Positions 1-21,826 of a stretch of DNA of 64,000 nt are shown in pieces. Source of the DNA: Macrostomum lignano. Its lineage: Eukaryota. The translations under genes were made by a program, and so were the position numbers. The notes beneath the pieces were generated by a model. It searched no databases, was not told the origin of the DNA, and saw only the letters and a list, made by a program, of their open reading frames with translations. The first letter of the stretch is position 1. Each line of letters opens with the position of its first letter. The stretch covers positions 62,001 to 126,000 of the forward strand of contig NIVC01002690.1 in the NCBI GenBank assembly GCA_002269645.1, in the 5' to 3' direction.

Positions 1-225
1 TATCACCTGCGCCCTCATTATCTCTTTATCACCTGTGCCCTCATTATCTCCTTATCACCTGCGCCCTCATTATCTTCTTATCACCTGCGCCCTCATTATC
101 TTCTTATCACCTGCGCCCTCATTATCTCTTTATCACCTGTGACCTCATTATCTCCTTATCACCTGCGCCCTCATTATCTTCTTATCACCTGCGCTCTCAT
201 TATCTCTTTATCACCTGTGACCTCA
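1..225. repeat. 26-bp minisatellite TATCACCTGCGCCCTCATTATCTCTT (NCX intron)
   Basis: About 8 visible tandem copies. Confidence 0.9.
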
Positions 226-244
226 ATACTTCATATAGGCTCAC

Positions 245-9473
<9,229 letters not shown>

Positions 9474-10218
9474 CGCGGCCGCTGGTTCCTGGCGCGGTCA
9501 GCTGGTCTGATTGCTGCTGAGTTGGCCTGCTGTTGCTGCCAGAGCGGGGATTCTGAAGCTCTGCTCTGTCGGGCTCCCTGCGGGACTATTTTGCTTGGAC
9601 TGGGGTGGGAGCGGGCTGCTGGACTGATGAGGCGACGGGCTGGAGCGAGGTTTTCACGGGCCGCATGGCAACCAAACCCTGTTGGGAGGAATGCTGTCAC
9701 CCCCCCTGCCGCCCTCCACCCCATTATCGCCGTTCCCTCGTCCCCCCCACCCGAGCCCCACTGTCCCCTGCGGCCCGCGTGCACGGTGGGGCCAACCAAA
9801 TTTTGTCGTGCTTAAAGCCAGGTAGCCTACTACCTGCCTGCCCGCCTGCCTACATTCTTCCCCTTCAGTCTTTCTCTCTTGCTCAAGCATCCCCACCCCG
9901 GCGCCCCAACAATGTTTGCATGGCAACGCAACAAGATTGGCTACCGGAGCTGTGGCAGGTGTACTTTGTCTCTGGCCTCCCTCCTCTGCCCCTTGCTCCT
10001 CCTCCTGGTTCTATTATTTTCTATTTTTCAGGCAACGCCAGTGCATAGCCTTATGGGGGGCAGAACAGTGACATTGGGATGCAAGGGGCCTGGCTACAAG
10101 GAATGGGTAGGAGAGGAGAAGTACCAGACGCGGGGCTTGCAATGCTGCATAAGAACACGGGGTTTTTTTGGAAGAAATTCAGTGCAAATAATTCTCAGGC
10201 TACACAATTGAGGTCTCA

Positions 10219-10250
<32 letters not shown>

Positions 10251-11399
10251 CAGAGAGGGGACAGGGAGAAGAGAGCTCAGCTCCTTTAGTACACGCGGAG
10301 AGAACAGCGCCAACAGGGTCCGCAGCTGCACTCCCATATCCTCCGCGTGGGCCACTCGCCAATGCAATTGTCGCCGTCTCCACCCCACGAGAGAGCCGCA
10401 GACAATGCGGACACTGCAGCTGGAAAGGCGGAGAGTGAGATTATGAGGCTGCCTCAGGCAGCAGCAAGCAACCAGAGCCTCCGCTGCATCGACCGCCCAG
10501 CAACTCCCCAGCCTCACCAACAGCATCATCACCGCCATCATCAATACAATGGCTTCCAGCTGCAATTTTGCCACCCGGTGAGAAGCGAGAGGCAGATGGG
10601 GGGGGGGGTGGACGGGCAGGCGGAAAGTTAGCGCTGCAGCACGCGGGGCAGCCGTGGCAACCGCATGGCAAGCAACAATGGTAAGAGAGGCCAGGCAGGC
10701 AGGCAGACATGCAGGGATGGAGGAGAGAGAAGGCAGCTGCTGCAGCTTCCAGTTTTTTTCTTCTTCTAGGAGTAAGCCCCACCTTGCGACTTGCGGCACC
10801 TGCAGCAGAGCGGAGCAAGCAGGATGAGGCCAGGCAATAATGTTCCACCAGAGCATCAGCGCTGCCATGGATGCAAAACTGTGTCCATTTAGTGCGGATC
10901 AGCGTATTTACTAGAGACTCCCTGCTGCAATTTCTGCAACAACCCCCGCATCTATCGACGCCAACAATGGCGTGGCAGTTTCTTACAGAGGGAATTTTCC
11001 ATTGCTGCTGCTACTTCAGAGCCAACTGGCATGGCCAGAAATGAGAGCATTTTCTCACTGTGGAAGAAACACCCGCAATTTCGTCAGCCACTATATCGCC
11101 CCCCGTCTGCTGAGGAGTGAGTGGGAAAAGGCGATTTAGAAGGATCTTAAAAGCAAAAATCTGAAAGTGCAGAGGCAGTGCATGAGGCTCTGTGTCTGCA
11201 GTTGCTGCATCAAAAACACGGGCTCGTTTGTCAGATTTTGGGACGATTTCTGTGTCATTTTTAACAGCCTGGACTCAGGAAGCCACGTGCACTTTTATTG
11301 CTGCTCTCAACCGCGCACTGCGCAGTTCCGTTGAAAACTTGAGTCTCACAACTCAACTCGGCTATCCTGAGTGTCAGTCCCCAGACCTCGACCTTCGAT

Positions 11400-11600
11400 G
11401 CAGCTGCACATGCAAGCTGGGTGTAGCTGTACTGTACAAAGCTGGGTGTAGCTGTACTGTACATGTAAGCTGGGTGCAGCTGTACTGTACATGTAAGCTG
11501 GGTGCAGCTGCACTGTACATGTAGGCTTGGTGACATTGTTGTAGCTGTATTGTACATAAGCTTGATATAGCTGTACTAGCTTGGTATAGACTAACGCACA
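11400..11600. repeat. 28-bp degenerate repeat AAGCTGGGTGCAGCTGTACTGTACATGT
   Basis: 28-bp period between 11467 and 11495; decays rightwards. Confidence 0.75.
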
Positions 11601-12179
11601 GTCGTTACAGCTAGTACATGTACCTGTCAGGTGTCCAATCATTCTGAGGCATGTACAGTTTGTTGCAGAATGTACAGAGGGCTGGATGGATTGCCAATCG
11701 TCCCATCCACCCTTCAGTGCTACAAAATGACGAAATACGCGTAGCTGCCTGCCTCTGTGACCAAACAGCCGAAACTTTATCTGACGAGTAAAAATAGACT
11801 CTTTATTCTAATTGCTAAAAATACTTTCGAGCAATACAGAGACAGAATCGATATAATCGTTGATAAAAATGTTATACAAACGTTTAAATAAAGTTTTATA
11901 CTGTGTAATTTTGGTATTCACTAAGTAAGAAACACTACTCTAATGTTCTTATAATAATTGGGCCGGCTAACAAAGACAGCTTATTTTTTGTTTACATTTC
12001 TAAGAATATTGAGCGCTAGAAACCCTTGTAAATCCGTTAGTGACAAGGCTAGTAATTATTTAAAAACCTTACGATACAGTATACTAATACTGTATACTAA
12101 TTATAAGTATAAGTATAAGTATAAGTATAAGTAAAGTATACTTTAGTATACTTTAGTATACTATACTAAAGAGTTAGTT

Positions 12180-14571
12180 AGACAAATTCAAAACAACATC
12201 ACAGTAGAAATAAAGAACCCGCTATGCTCAACACTACCTCGCTTCCTTAAAGATTTAAGAAACGCTGCTAGACATGCCTGCAGAAGATATAAAACCTTCC
12301 CTACTCCCAGAAACCTCTCAAGCAAAATGCAACTCAAAAAAACATACGAAAAAAAGCTCACTTCATGGAAATTTGAAACAACTCTCTGTGCAGACAACAT
12401 GATCAACCAGGCCTTTATTCAAAACGATACAAAACAACTTTGGAACTTATTAAAAACACCAAATCCCTCAAACAACAGAGTAACAATTGATGAAAAATTT
12501 GTCATACACTTCCAAAATCTTGTAACTGAACAAGACAGCAACATTAGGCTATCATACAATCTTCACCTTGACAACCCTATTCTGGCTGATTTAGAGGCTT
12601 TCAATGCCCCATTCACCAAAGAAGAAGTTATAAAACATATTAAAAAGCTCAAAACCGACAAAGCACCTGGGCACGATAAAGTATATGTAGAAACACTCAA
12701 ATACCTCGAGAACGAACTTGCTGACCTCCTATGCTCACTTTTCAACGAAGCACTCAAACAAGGAACCTTCCCAACTAGTTGGATAACAAATACACTTCAT
12801 CCGATTTATAAAAACAAAGGCAGCAGTGCCGACCCCAACAATTACAGAGGAATCTGCATTCAACCAATTCTTGGCAAGCTCCTTTGCCAAATTATTAAAT
12901 CCAGACTCGAAAACCTAGCATACGCAAACAACCTTATATCAAAATACCAATACGGTTTCAAGCCCAATCACAGCACAATCGACCAATGTTTTAATCTTTA
13001 CAACATTATAAACCAATCCATTTACAACAAAGAAGAACTCTTTATTGGATTTGTTGACTATGAAAAAGCCTTCGATAGCTTAAACCAACCGACCCTTTGG
13101 CACAAAACAGACAACCAGGGTATTAAAGGTCAAATGACAAAACTTATCAAGAACATGCATAAAAATGCCTGCTTCATTCTAAAAAAATATGATGATGATG
13201 ATGAAACCCAGCCAATCCCAATATCTAAAGGTGTTCTTCAAGGCAATCCTCTCTCTACCATCCTTTTTGAGCTATATATTGACGACATTGTTGAATATCT
13301 TGAACTCTCTAGCGCTAGACGCTCTCTTGCGAGATCTGCTTTCCCACTCATCCTACTCTTTGCGGACGATCAAGCCATTTTAGCAAAAAACAAAGACGAA
13401 CTTCAAGACACATTTATGACTATGGAAAATTACTGCAAGCAAAATTACTTGAAAGTAAATGCAAGCAAAACAAAGTTCATGCAGGGCAGTACCAGACAAA
13501 AAAACGACACAGAAAGCTTTGCTACAAAAATATTCTACGACAACCAAGAAATAGAGGAAGTAAATGAATTTAAATACCTAGGAATTATTTTTGAACCAAA
13601 AAACAGCTTTAAAAAATGTATTGAACACCAAACTAAGCAGGGATATACAGCCATGTTTTCCCTACTCCACAAGGTAAAAAATACGTCCCTGGACATCACA
13701 CTCATTCGCAGACTATTCGACGCGCTTGTTACCCCCGTTATCACGTACGGCTGTGAGCTCTGGGGCCCTCTGGCTACCATTTCTGAAACAAAAGCTATTG
13801 ATAACATTCAGCTGAAATTCTACAAATATCTCCTCAATCTACCAAAATTTGCTAGCAACAGTGTGATATCATCAGAACTTGAGCTTACTCCAATCTCCCA
13901 ACGAATCGCTAAAACCTACCTTACCTACTGGCTGAAGATTAGACACCAAAAACTTTGCCAAACGACACTAGAAATTTTCTACTCAAACACCAGCCAAAAA
14001 AATCCATGGAAAACGAATGTACTAAAGAAACTGGAAAGTATAGACTTAAAAGCACTAACTGAAGATAAACTTTCCCAAAGCTTTAATAACGAGAAATACC
14101 TAGTGAAAAAGCACCTCAAGATACACAGAGAAAGAGAACTTAGCCAAAAGCTAGAGAATATGCATCATATTAAACTCTACAAAAACGCCTATCTCTACAA
14201 AAAAATCTGCAGGCCCGACCTTTCAGATTACTTTCCATGCACATTTAGAAACAAAAAATTCCTAACAACCCTCCTAAAACTGAAATGCGAGATTACACCC
14301 AACATTTTTTCTCAAGAAGCATGTAGACTGTGTGGAGCGAGAAATGGTTCAGATATCCTACACTACTTGACCGAATGTCCACAAACTGAAGAGATCAGAA
14401 AAAATACTTCTGTCAATACCTCTTAAATGACAAACAAATACACAAGATAGGATATGCTACAAATGAAAAAAGAGTCAGAAAAGAGCTCACTGGTGTATCT
14501 AAAATATATGAAATCATGAATAGCTAAAACAGTTATTCAAACTGAAACAGATACATCAGCAGTGTAATAAA
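12180..14571 (+). mobile_element. 5'-truncated non-LTR retrotransposon (LINE; CR1/L2/RTE-X-like, clade unresolved)
   Basis: ORF 12327-14426 has RT motifs NYRGI, QYGF..HST, FVDYEKAFDS, GVLQGNPLS.ILF, LFADD, FKYLGI, then YGCELWG and a C-terminal CRLC..HYLTECP. The frame is open back to ~12147 with no endonuclease domain. AATAAA at 14566. Confidence 0.93.
12327..14527 (+). CDS. LINE ORF2 reverse transcriptase (endonuclease missing; C-terminus continues in another frame to 14527)
   Basis: Adding one A to the run at 14399-14404 gives IRKKYFCQYLLNDKQIHKIGYATNEKRVRKELTGVSKIYEIMNS*. Confidence 0.85.
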
Positions 14572-14717
14572 TCCGCTTTTCAGTTGTTTATTCATTTACT
14601 GTCTTTTTTAATTTCCTATTTAATTCGTCGTTAATCGTTAGACGTTAAGTTCGTTCGAAGTGTGTTTATGCTCGTTTTTCACGCTTTGAAATATCACGCG
14701 CTTTCAAAAATACTATA

Positions 14718-15400
14718 TCTCTACATATAAAAATCAAAACTCTGTGTGTGTGTGTGTGGACAATTTTGATCGCTATGGACTCCCAAACCACTCAACCAAA
14801 TTACACCAAACTTTACACCCACCCTAAACTCACTACGGAGAATGTCTTAGGCTACCTTTTAATTTCCTAGACTCAAGTCTTCCTACCTAAAAGTACAAAA
14901 AACTGCTCAAAATGCGCGATTTTTTCACTAAATCCTCCATAGCGCCGCTCCACTTCTACCGATTCTCTTCAAATTTGACACAGGCAATTTTCAACTATTT
15001 TGACACAATCGTGTAAAATTTCAAATCTTAAAGTTAATCCTGAAAGCCGCTGTGCACTTTTAAAGTTAGGCTGTTTTTTTCAGCGAGGCAGCCACCCCAA
15101 CCTCCGCCCGCCTGCCTCTCTTTCCCGATCTGGGCAAAGGGTGTGAATCAGGTTTTAAAATGCCTAACTTTCGGTTGCCATAAGTTTGCTCCACGTGAAG
15201 CGATTGACTTCTAACTTAACACAATTCTTCTTTGATTCATTTTCTGTCTAAATGTAAAGTTTCAACTCTCTAACTCAATCAGAACAGAAACTGTAAGCAT
15301 GTGAAGTTTGTCTGCTTTTTCTGTTGTTTGTGCCACTCACTCACTCATTTCCCCAGCCCAGACGAAGGGTCAGGCGATGGGACTGAATGTACATAGCAAA
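14718..15400 (+). mobile_element. Putative non-autonomous Helitron-like element
   Basis: Starts TCTCTACATATAAAAATC, then (TG)n, then CGCTATGGACTCCCAAACCACTCAACCAAATT, an architecture I recall from non-autonomous Helitron 5' ends. No clear 3' hairpin-CTAG found, so the right boundary is a guess. Confidence 0.4.
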
Positions 15401-15899
15401 TGTACAGTGTTTTGGAATAACTTTATTTATAGCCTTCTTTCTCTGCACCCGAGAGTGGAGAGGCTACGTTTAGCCATGACAGTTTAGTGAGAAATTCTAA
15501 CCACTGTCCTCTGTATTGGCAAACTCTGCAGCAGTTTAACAGTGGATGGCAAATCGAGGGAATCCAGCATGGTTTGTAAAAGCGAAAGATTTATGAAAAG
15601 GCGATGCGATGCAATGCAATACAACCCTACTAAATTAGTCACACCATGGAAAATTTAGGTTTCTCTTAAAAGTACTTTAAATTTTAAATGTCCTAAGAAA
15701 TGCGTATTTCCTTGGTTGTTAGACTGATGCAGACTGCAGTGGAGCTGAAGATACACAAATTATTTTCAGGGCTTGCAAATTGGCAAGAAAGATGACATGA
15801 TCAAAGCATGAGAACAGCCATAAGAGTACTACGTCCCACAAACTGGCTTTCCAAGCAGGAATGGGCAGACTTTTACCTCAAAGGCCAGAAAAGAATCCA

Positions 15900-18110
15900 G
15901 CTTATGGCTGAGGGGCAGATGAGAGTGGAGAGAAGAAGGAATAGACTAATCGAAAAGAGAGGAGAGGTGAGAGAGAGAATAAGAGAAAAGATAAAAGATA
16001 ATAGAAGAGATGAGGGAGCGAGGACGATGAGAGGAGAGAGTAGAGGAAAGAGTAGAGTAGAGTAGAGAGGAGAGAGTAGAGCGAGTAGAGGAGCGAGTAG
16101 AGAGGAGAGAGCAGAGAGCTGCAGATGAGAGGAGAGCAGAGAGAAGAGCAGAGAGGAGTTAGTAAAGAGGAGAAAGGAGAGATGAGAAATGAGAGATGAG
16201 AGATAAAGGAGGAGAGTGGAGAGAGAAGAGACGAGACAAGAGAGGGAGAGAGTATATAGAAGAGGGAAGAGAAGAGAAGAGAAGAGAAGAAAGGAGAAAG
16301 GAAAGTGAGGAGACAAAAGAGGTGAAAGAAAAGAGTACAGAGAGGACAGAATGAGAGAACATATAAGACAGTAAAGATGACAGATGAAAGAGGGGGGATG
16401 AGCTGAGAGCAGAGACGAAAATGAACAGACGAGAGATGGAGAGTAGAGAGAACAGAGGAGAGATTACAGAGAAGAGATTACAGAGACGAGAGGAGAGATA
16501 AAGGGAGAGAGAAGTGAGTGAGGCGAGAGGAGAGAAAAGAGGAGAATGGAGGGGGAAGCAGAGAGAGAGAGGGGAAGCAGAGAGAGAGGGGGGGAAGCAG
16601 AGAGAAAGGGGGAAGCAGAGAGAGAGGGGGAAGCAGAGAGAGAGGGGGAAGCAGAGAGAGAGGGGGAAGCAGAGAGAGAGGGGAGAAGCAGAGAGAGGGG
16701 GGAAGCAGAGAGAGAGGGGGGAAGCAGAGAGAGAGGGGGAAGCAGAGAGAGAGGGGGAAGCAGAGAGAGGGGGGGAAGCAGAGAGAGAGAGAGGGGAAGC
16801 AGAGAGAGAGGGGGGAAGCAGAGAGAGAGGGGGAAGCAGAGAGAGAGGGGGAAGCATAGAGAGAGGGGGAAGCAGAGAGAGAGAGGGGGAAGCAGAGAGA
16901 GAGAGGGGGGAAGCAGAGAGAGGGGGGGAAGCAGAGAGAGAGGGGGAAGCAGAGAGAGAGGGGGAAGCAGAGAGAGAGGGGGAAGCAGAGAGAGAGGGGA
17001 AGCAGAGAGAGAGGGGGGAAGCAGAGAGAGGGGGGAAGCAGAGAGAGAGAGGGGAAGCAGAGAGAGAGGGGGGAAGCAGAGAGAGAGGGGGGGAAGCAGA
17101 GAGAGAGGGGGAAGCAGAGAGAGAGGGGGAAGCAGAGAGAGAGGGGGAAGCAGAGAGAGAGGGGGAAGCAGAGAGAGAGGGGGGAAGCAGAGAGAGAGGG
17201 GGAAGCAGAGAGAGAGGGGGAAGCAGAGAGAGAGGGGGGAAGCAGAGAGAGGGGGGAAGCAGAGAGAGAGGGGGGAAGCAGAGAGAGAGGGGGAAGCAGA
17301 GAGAGGGGGGAAGCAGAGAGAGAGAGAGGGGAAGCAGAGAGAGAGGGGGGAAGCAGAGAGAGAGGGGGAAGCAGAGAGAGAGGGGGAACAGAGAGAGAGG
17401 GGAAGCAGAGAGAGAGAGGGGGGAAGCAGAGAGAGAAGAGAGAGAGGGGGGAAGCAGAGAGAGGGGGGAAGCAGAGAGAGAGGGGGAAGCAGAGAGAGAG
17501 GGGGAAGCAGAGAGAGAGGGGGAAGCAGAGAGAGAGGGGGGAAGCAGAGAGAGGGGGGGAAGCAGAGAGAGAGAGGGGAAGCAGAGAGAGAGGGGGGAAG
17601 CAGAGAGAGAGGGGGAAGCAGAGAGAGAGGGGGGAAGCAGAGAGAGAGGGGGAAGCAGAGAGAGAGGGGAAGCAGAGAGAGAGGGGGAAGCAGAGAGAGA
17701 GGGGGAAGCAGAGAGAGAGGGGGGGAAGCAGAGAGAGAGGGGGAAGCAGAGAGAGAGGCGGAAGCAGAGAGAGGGGGGGAAGCAGAGAGAGGGGGGAAGC
17801 AGAGAGAAATGAAAATAGATAAAAGAGAAGAGAGAGAAGAGAAAGGAGAGATCAGAGAGCAAATATAGACGAGAGAGAAGAGAGGTGAAGGAAAAGATGA
17901 GAGAATTGAGTGCGAGGAGAGGAAAGAGAAAAGAGATGAGATAAGAGAGATGAAAAAGAAGAGAAATGAGGGAAGAGACGAGAGAAGAGGGGAGAGAGGA
18001 AAGAGGAAAAAGAGAAAAGAGGAGAGGAGAGAGAGCTCAGAGAGGAGAGACGAGGGACGAGAGAGGAGAGGAAACAGAAGAGAAGATAGAAGTTTCAAAG
18101 GATCCAAGGG
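15900..18110. repeat. Polypurine tract with core (GGGGGAAGCAGAGAGAGA)n at ~16550-17805
   Basis: About 2.2 kb almost purely G/A on the plus strand. Confidence 0.92.
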
Positions 18111-18225
18111 ACGTAGGGAGAGTCAGAGGCAGAGGCCAGAGTTTGCCAATACATGTTTTAGAGTCAGACAGACATTAATTGCCTATTTAAAGTAAAAGCA
18201 CCCCTAGCCAACAATATCAATGTTT

Positions 18226-19797
18226 GCCTCACATCCTAATTGTACGCGAATGTACTCCATTTTGTTTACCTTTATCCTACTAACTAACTATTAACAAGTT
18301 TTTGTTTCAGTATGGGCTCAGATTTCAGAATACATGCAAAAATAGTACCGGGGATTGGAATTCCCCGGGTTCAAATTCCGCGGGTTTCAACAGCTTGTCT
18401 TTTTACAAAAATCGCCTATTATTGAGAACAATCCTTAATTATACTAGATATTTGTTATATTGACAAAATAATATTTAACTACCTTTTCTGAATCGCATTT
18501 TAGAAGAATCGTTTTGCATTAAGGTCATATATATATACAACATCGATTTTCTATTTTTCCTTGCTTAGAATCTTGTTCTTCCGTCGTTAGTCGTTAATCG
18601 GCTAAAAAACCGTAAAAAAAATTCCAGACGCTCTTTCAAATACCTTACTTAATACAAATATCGTAACTCGTTTCCAGCGATTGTGTAAAAATTTAACCTT
18701 TTGAATAAATACTAAATACATCGGATTATACTGGCATAACAGGCTCCTTAAGCCTGAGCCAAATCTACTACTACTATACGACGAAGTTCATATTATAGAA
18801 CAACTTAAATTAGTTCGAATAGGCCTAGTCTAACTCTAAGTACCCTCTTGTCTTGTCTTGTAGTGGATCATGTGGATTGATCTTAATTGTTAATAATCAT
18901 GATAATAGAATCTTGAAGTGGCAGAGTAACATGATAGATAAGCTAGGGTTTTATGGTGACGTAGTAATTAATTAGCAAGCGGCATCGCATCGAGACAGAC
19001 GAACAGCTAAAGCAGCTGATAAAAGAGTTGCAATGGATTGCAAGTTGTTGCAACTAAATCAACTTATGTCTATAAATGCCTCAGTGACTCACCGTGTCGG
19101 TGTGTCTTAAATCTAGCAGTAATTACGTGTGCTTTTATTTTGTTTTTAATCCAAGTAGGCCTAAAGAGAAACGAATCCAGCTAGGAGTTATTTTAATTAG
19201 GGACCTGGTAGTGTAGTATACACATACATGCACAACTTCTGAAATTACGCTGGCCGTGCGACTTAGTTTTCGATAAAAAATGCGACTTACCTATGAAAGA
19301 GCCAAGCAAAAACTTTAGGTAAACGGCAGGAGTAACTATGACCATATTTTTAAAGCTAAATGCCTCGCCAGCTAATTAGTGCTGCGTGTAGATTCCGCGT
19401 TTTTATAACAGCTAATCAGTATGTCATCTAGTGGTGGCATGAAGCAATTAGTAAATTGTCAGTACAGTGTAGTGAGCATACTACAAAAGTCATGATTCAT
19501 GAATGTCCAGAAGTAAGTGAAGTGAATACAGTGTGACCTATAGCTCAAGAACGATTTGCTAGACAATTTGGCATGGAAGATGAGAGCCCTGATTCAGATG
19601 GCTCATCAGATGCAGAATACGAATCCAGTAGAGATACAGGCTGTGAAAACCCACAGATTTTTAAACCACTGAATTCTAATTCCCGGAACTATTTTTGCAT
19701 AGATTCTAAATTTGAAGTCATGCTCAGAACAAAACTTGTTAACAGTTAGGAAAAAGGCAAAGATAGGAGTAATGCATGTTAAACTAAGATTTGAGGC
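18226..19797. mobile_element. Non-autonomous long-TIR DNA element (~180-bp imperfect inverted arms)
   Basis: 18226-18405 matches the reverse complement of 19635-19797 (e.g. TTAACAAGTTTT, ATGCAAAAATAGT.CCGGGA, GAATTC, GGGTTT..ACAGC). No TSD identified. Confidence 0.65.
19318..19381 (+). pseudogene. Degenerate 28S rRNA fragment spanning the R2/I-PpoI site
   Basis: GGTAAACGGCAGGAGTAACTATGAC matches the conserved 28S sequence as I recall it at 24/25. CTAAATGCCTCGCCAGCTAATTAGTG matches at 23/26. The central TCTCTTAAGGTAG is replaced. Confidence 0.8.
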
Positions 19798-19809
19798 CTT
19801 TGCAAATTC

Positions 19810-20480
19810 TCTCCATTCCTCAATCTTCTCATCCTCTTTTTCTTTTCTCTCTCATCCTTTATCCCTTCTCTCTTTCCTCTCCTCTCTCCTCTCTTTCCTC
19901 TCCTCTCCTATCTCTTCTGTCTCCTCTCTACATTCTTATCTCTCCTCTCGTCTCTCTCCATTTCACTCTACTCTCTCATCTTATCTTCCCTCTCGTCTCT
20001 CTCCACTCTACTCTCTCATATTATTTCTCCTCTCTTCTCTACTCTCTCATCTCTCCTCTCTTCACTCTCCTCTCATCTCCTCTTTATCTTCTCTTCTCTC
20101 ATCTACTCTCTCCTCTTTCCTCTTTTCTCTCTTCTGATCTCATCCATCATCTTTTCTTTCCTCTTTCCTCTAATCTCCTCTTCTCTCTCATCTCTTTTTC
20201 CTCCCTCAGCTTTTTTCTCCTCTTCTATCTTTTCTCCCATCGCAACGCTTGCCTCTCCTCTGTTTGCTTATCTCTAATCTTCTATTCCCTCTACTTTGAA
20301 GTAAGAAAATATGCACATATTTTTGCTGAAGATAAGAGGAGAGAAGAGGGCATTGAGGAGAAAGGGTAGAGAGAAAGGGGGAGAAGAGAGGAGAGTAAAA
20401 ATGAGAGGAGAGAGAAGAGGGAAAAGGGGGGAGAGAGAGAAGAGGGGAGGCAAGGTAGAGAAGAAGAGAGAAATGAGAGT
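19810..20480. repeat. Polypyrimidine tract (19810-20290) followed by polypurine tract (20330-20480)
   Basis: Direct reading. Confidence 0.85.
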
Positions 20481-20744
20481 TGAAGAGACACCAACCTTGC
20501 TGGTTAGGAAGTTTCAAAGAACCCGAGGGGCGAGGGCCAGATAGAGGGGCTTCGCGAGCCGGAGTTTGCCAACCCCTGCTCCAGAGTTTAAGAAATCAAT
20601 GGGAAACTGTTGACGCGGGCTTCTGATTTCAAAGATCTTGTCTGTGGTTGAAGGCTTCTATTCTGTTTTTGCTCTCCTGCCACACTTGCACCTACTACCC
20701 CCTGATTGCCTCTGATTATGACTTACTTCCCTCTTATTGCGACT

Positions 20745-21160
20745 TAGTTTCTTCTTTTTGTGACTTACCTAATCCTTTTTGCGACTTACCTAATCCTTTT
20801 TGCGACTTACCTGATCCTTTTTGCGACTTATCTGATCCTTTTTGCGACTTACCTAATCCTTTTTGCGACTTACCTAATCCTTTTTGCGACTTACCTAACC
20901 CTTTTGCAACTTACCTGATCCTTTTTGCGACTTAGTTTGCTTCTTTTGCAACTTACCTGATTCCTGTTGCAACTTACCTTATCCTTTTTGCGACTTACCT
21001 AATCCTTTTTGCGACTTACCTGATCCTTTTTGCGACTTACCTAACCCTTTTGCAACTTACCTGATCCTTTTTGCGACTTAGTTTGCTTCTTTTGCGACTT
21101 ACCTAATCCTTTTTGCGACTTACCTGATTATTTTTACAACTTAGCTTGCTTCTTTTGCGA
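20745..21160. repeat. 21-bp minisatellite TTTTTGCGACTTACCTAATCC
   Basis: About 19 copies with variants. Confidence 0.9.
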
Positions 21161-21826
21161 ATTGTTTTTTTTTTGCTTCACCATTTTCCCTGAACTGCTC
21201 TTTCTTTCGCTTTCCTCTTGCCTGTCTTGGTTCTTGTGTTTTTCGGTTTTTGGTTGACTCAATTTTGCGACTTACCCTTGGTCAGCCACGATTTACGGTG
21301 GCCAGATTGGCCAGGTCGGCCAGCAGTTGCGCATGTATGAGTATACATACTATATCATTTAATTTTAAGGCCTATCTTAATCTTATATAAATAAAGATAA
21401 GCCTAGGCCTAATAGGGGGCCTACAAATAAATAGAATGGCTAAAGCCTAAAACCTTTGCAAAAATACTTTTAGAAGTCATTTTTAGGCCTATTAGGCCTA
21501 GTCCTAAATTTAGTAGTATATTGGAATACATAAGACAACCATAGAAAAGTTTATTTAGGGCCTATTATTTTTTTGCTATAATCAACCAATGCCTTTGGCT
21601 TTAAGTTTAACTCCTTTTTATTCTTATAATACTATTATTAATAGGTACAAAATATAATTTAGCATACTATTAGTATTAAATTTTTTTTACTCGAGCAACT
21701 AGGGCTTAGGAGCAACAATGCTAGTTCTCTAAGTCTAACCTATTAAAAACAAAAAGTAATAGCAATATGATTTTATCAAACTTTCAAAAATATTTAATAA
21801 AGAAATATTAGTTAGGAATTGAAAAA

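Noticed and set aside
9500-11400. ORFs 10200-10868, 10347-10631 and neighbours
   Set aside because: No recognisable domain or consistent exon chain; probably NCX 5' UTR or upstream sequence.
16159-18107. Glu/Arg-rich and Leu/Ser/Pro-rich long ORFs
   Set aside because: Polypurine repeat translations.
19318-19381. Functional rRNA gene or snoRNA
   Set aside because: Only about 65 nt, mutated at invariant positions, sense rather than antisense, with no flanking rDNA and no C/D or H/ACA boxes recognised.
15767-20578. One large hAT element with CAGGG..GCAAA TIRs
   Set aside because: The left TIR is degenerate and the 8-bp flanks (ATTATTTT, CTCCAGAG) do not match.
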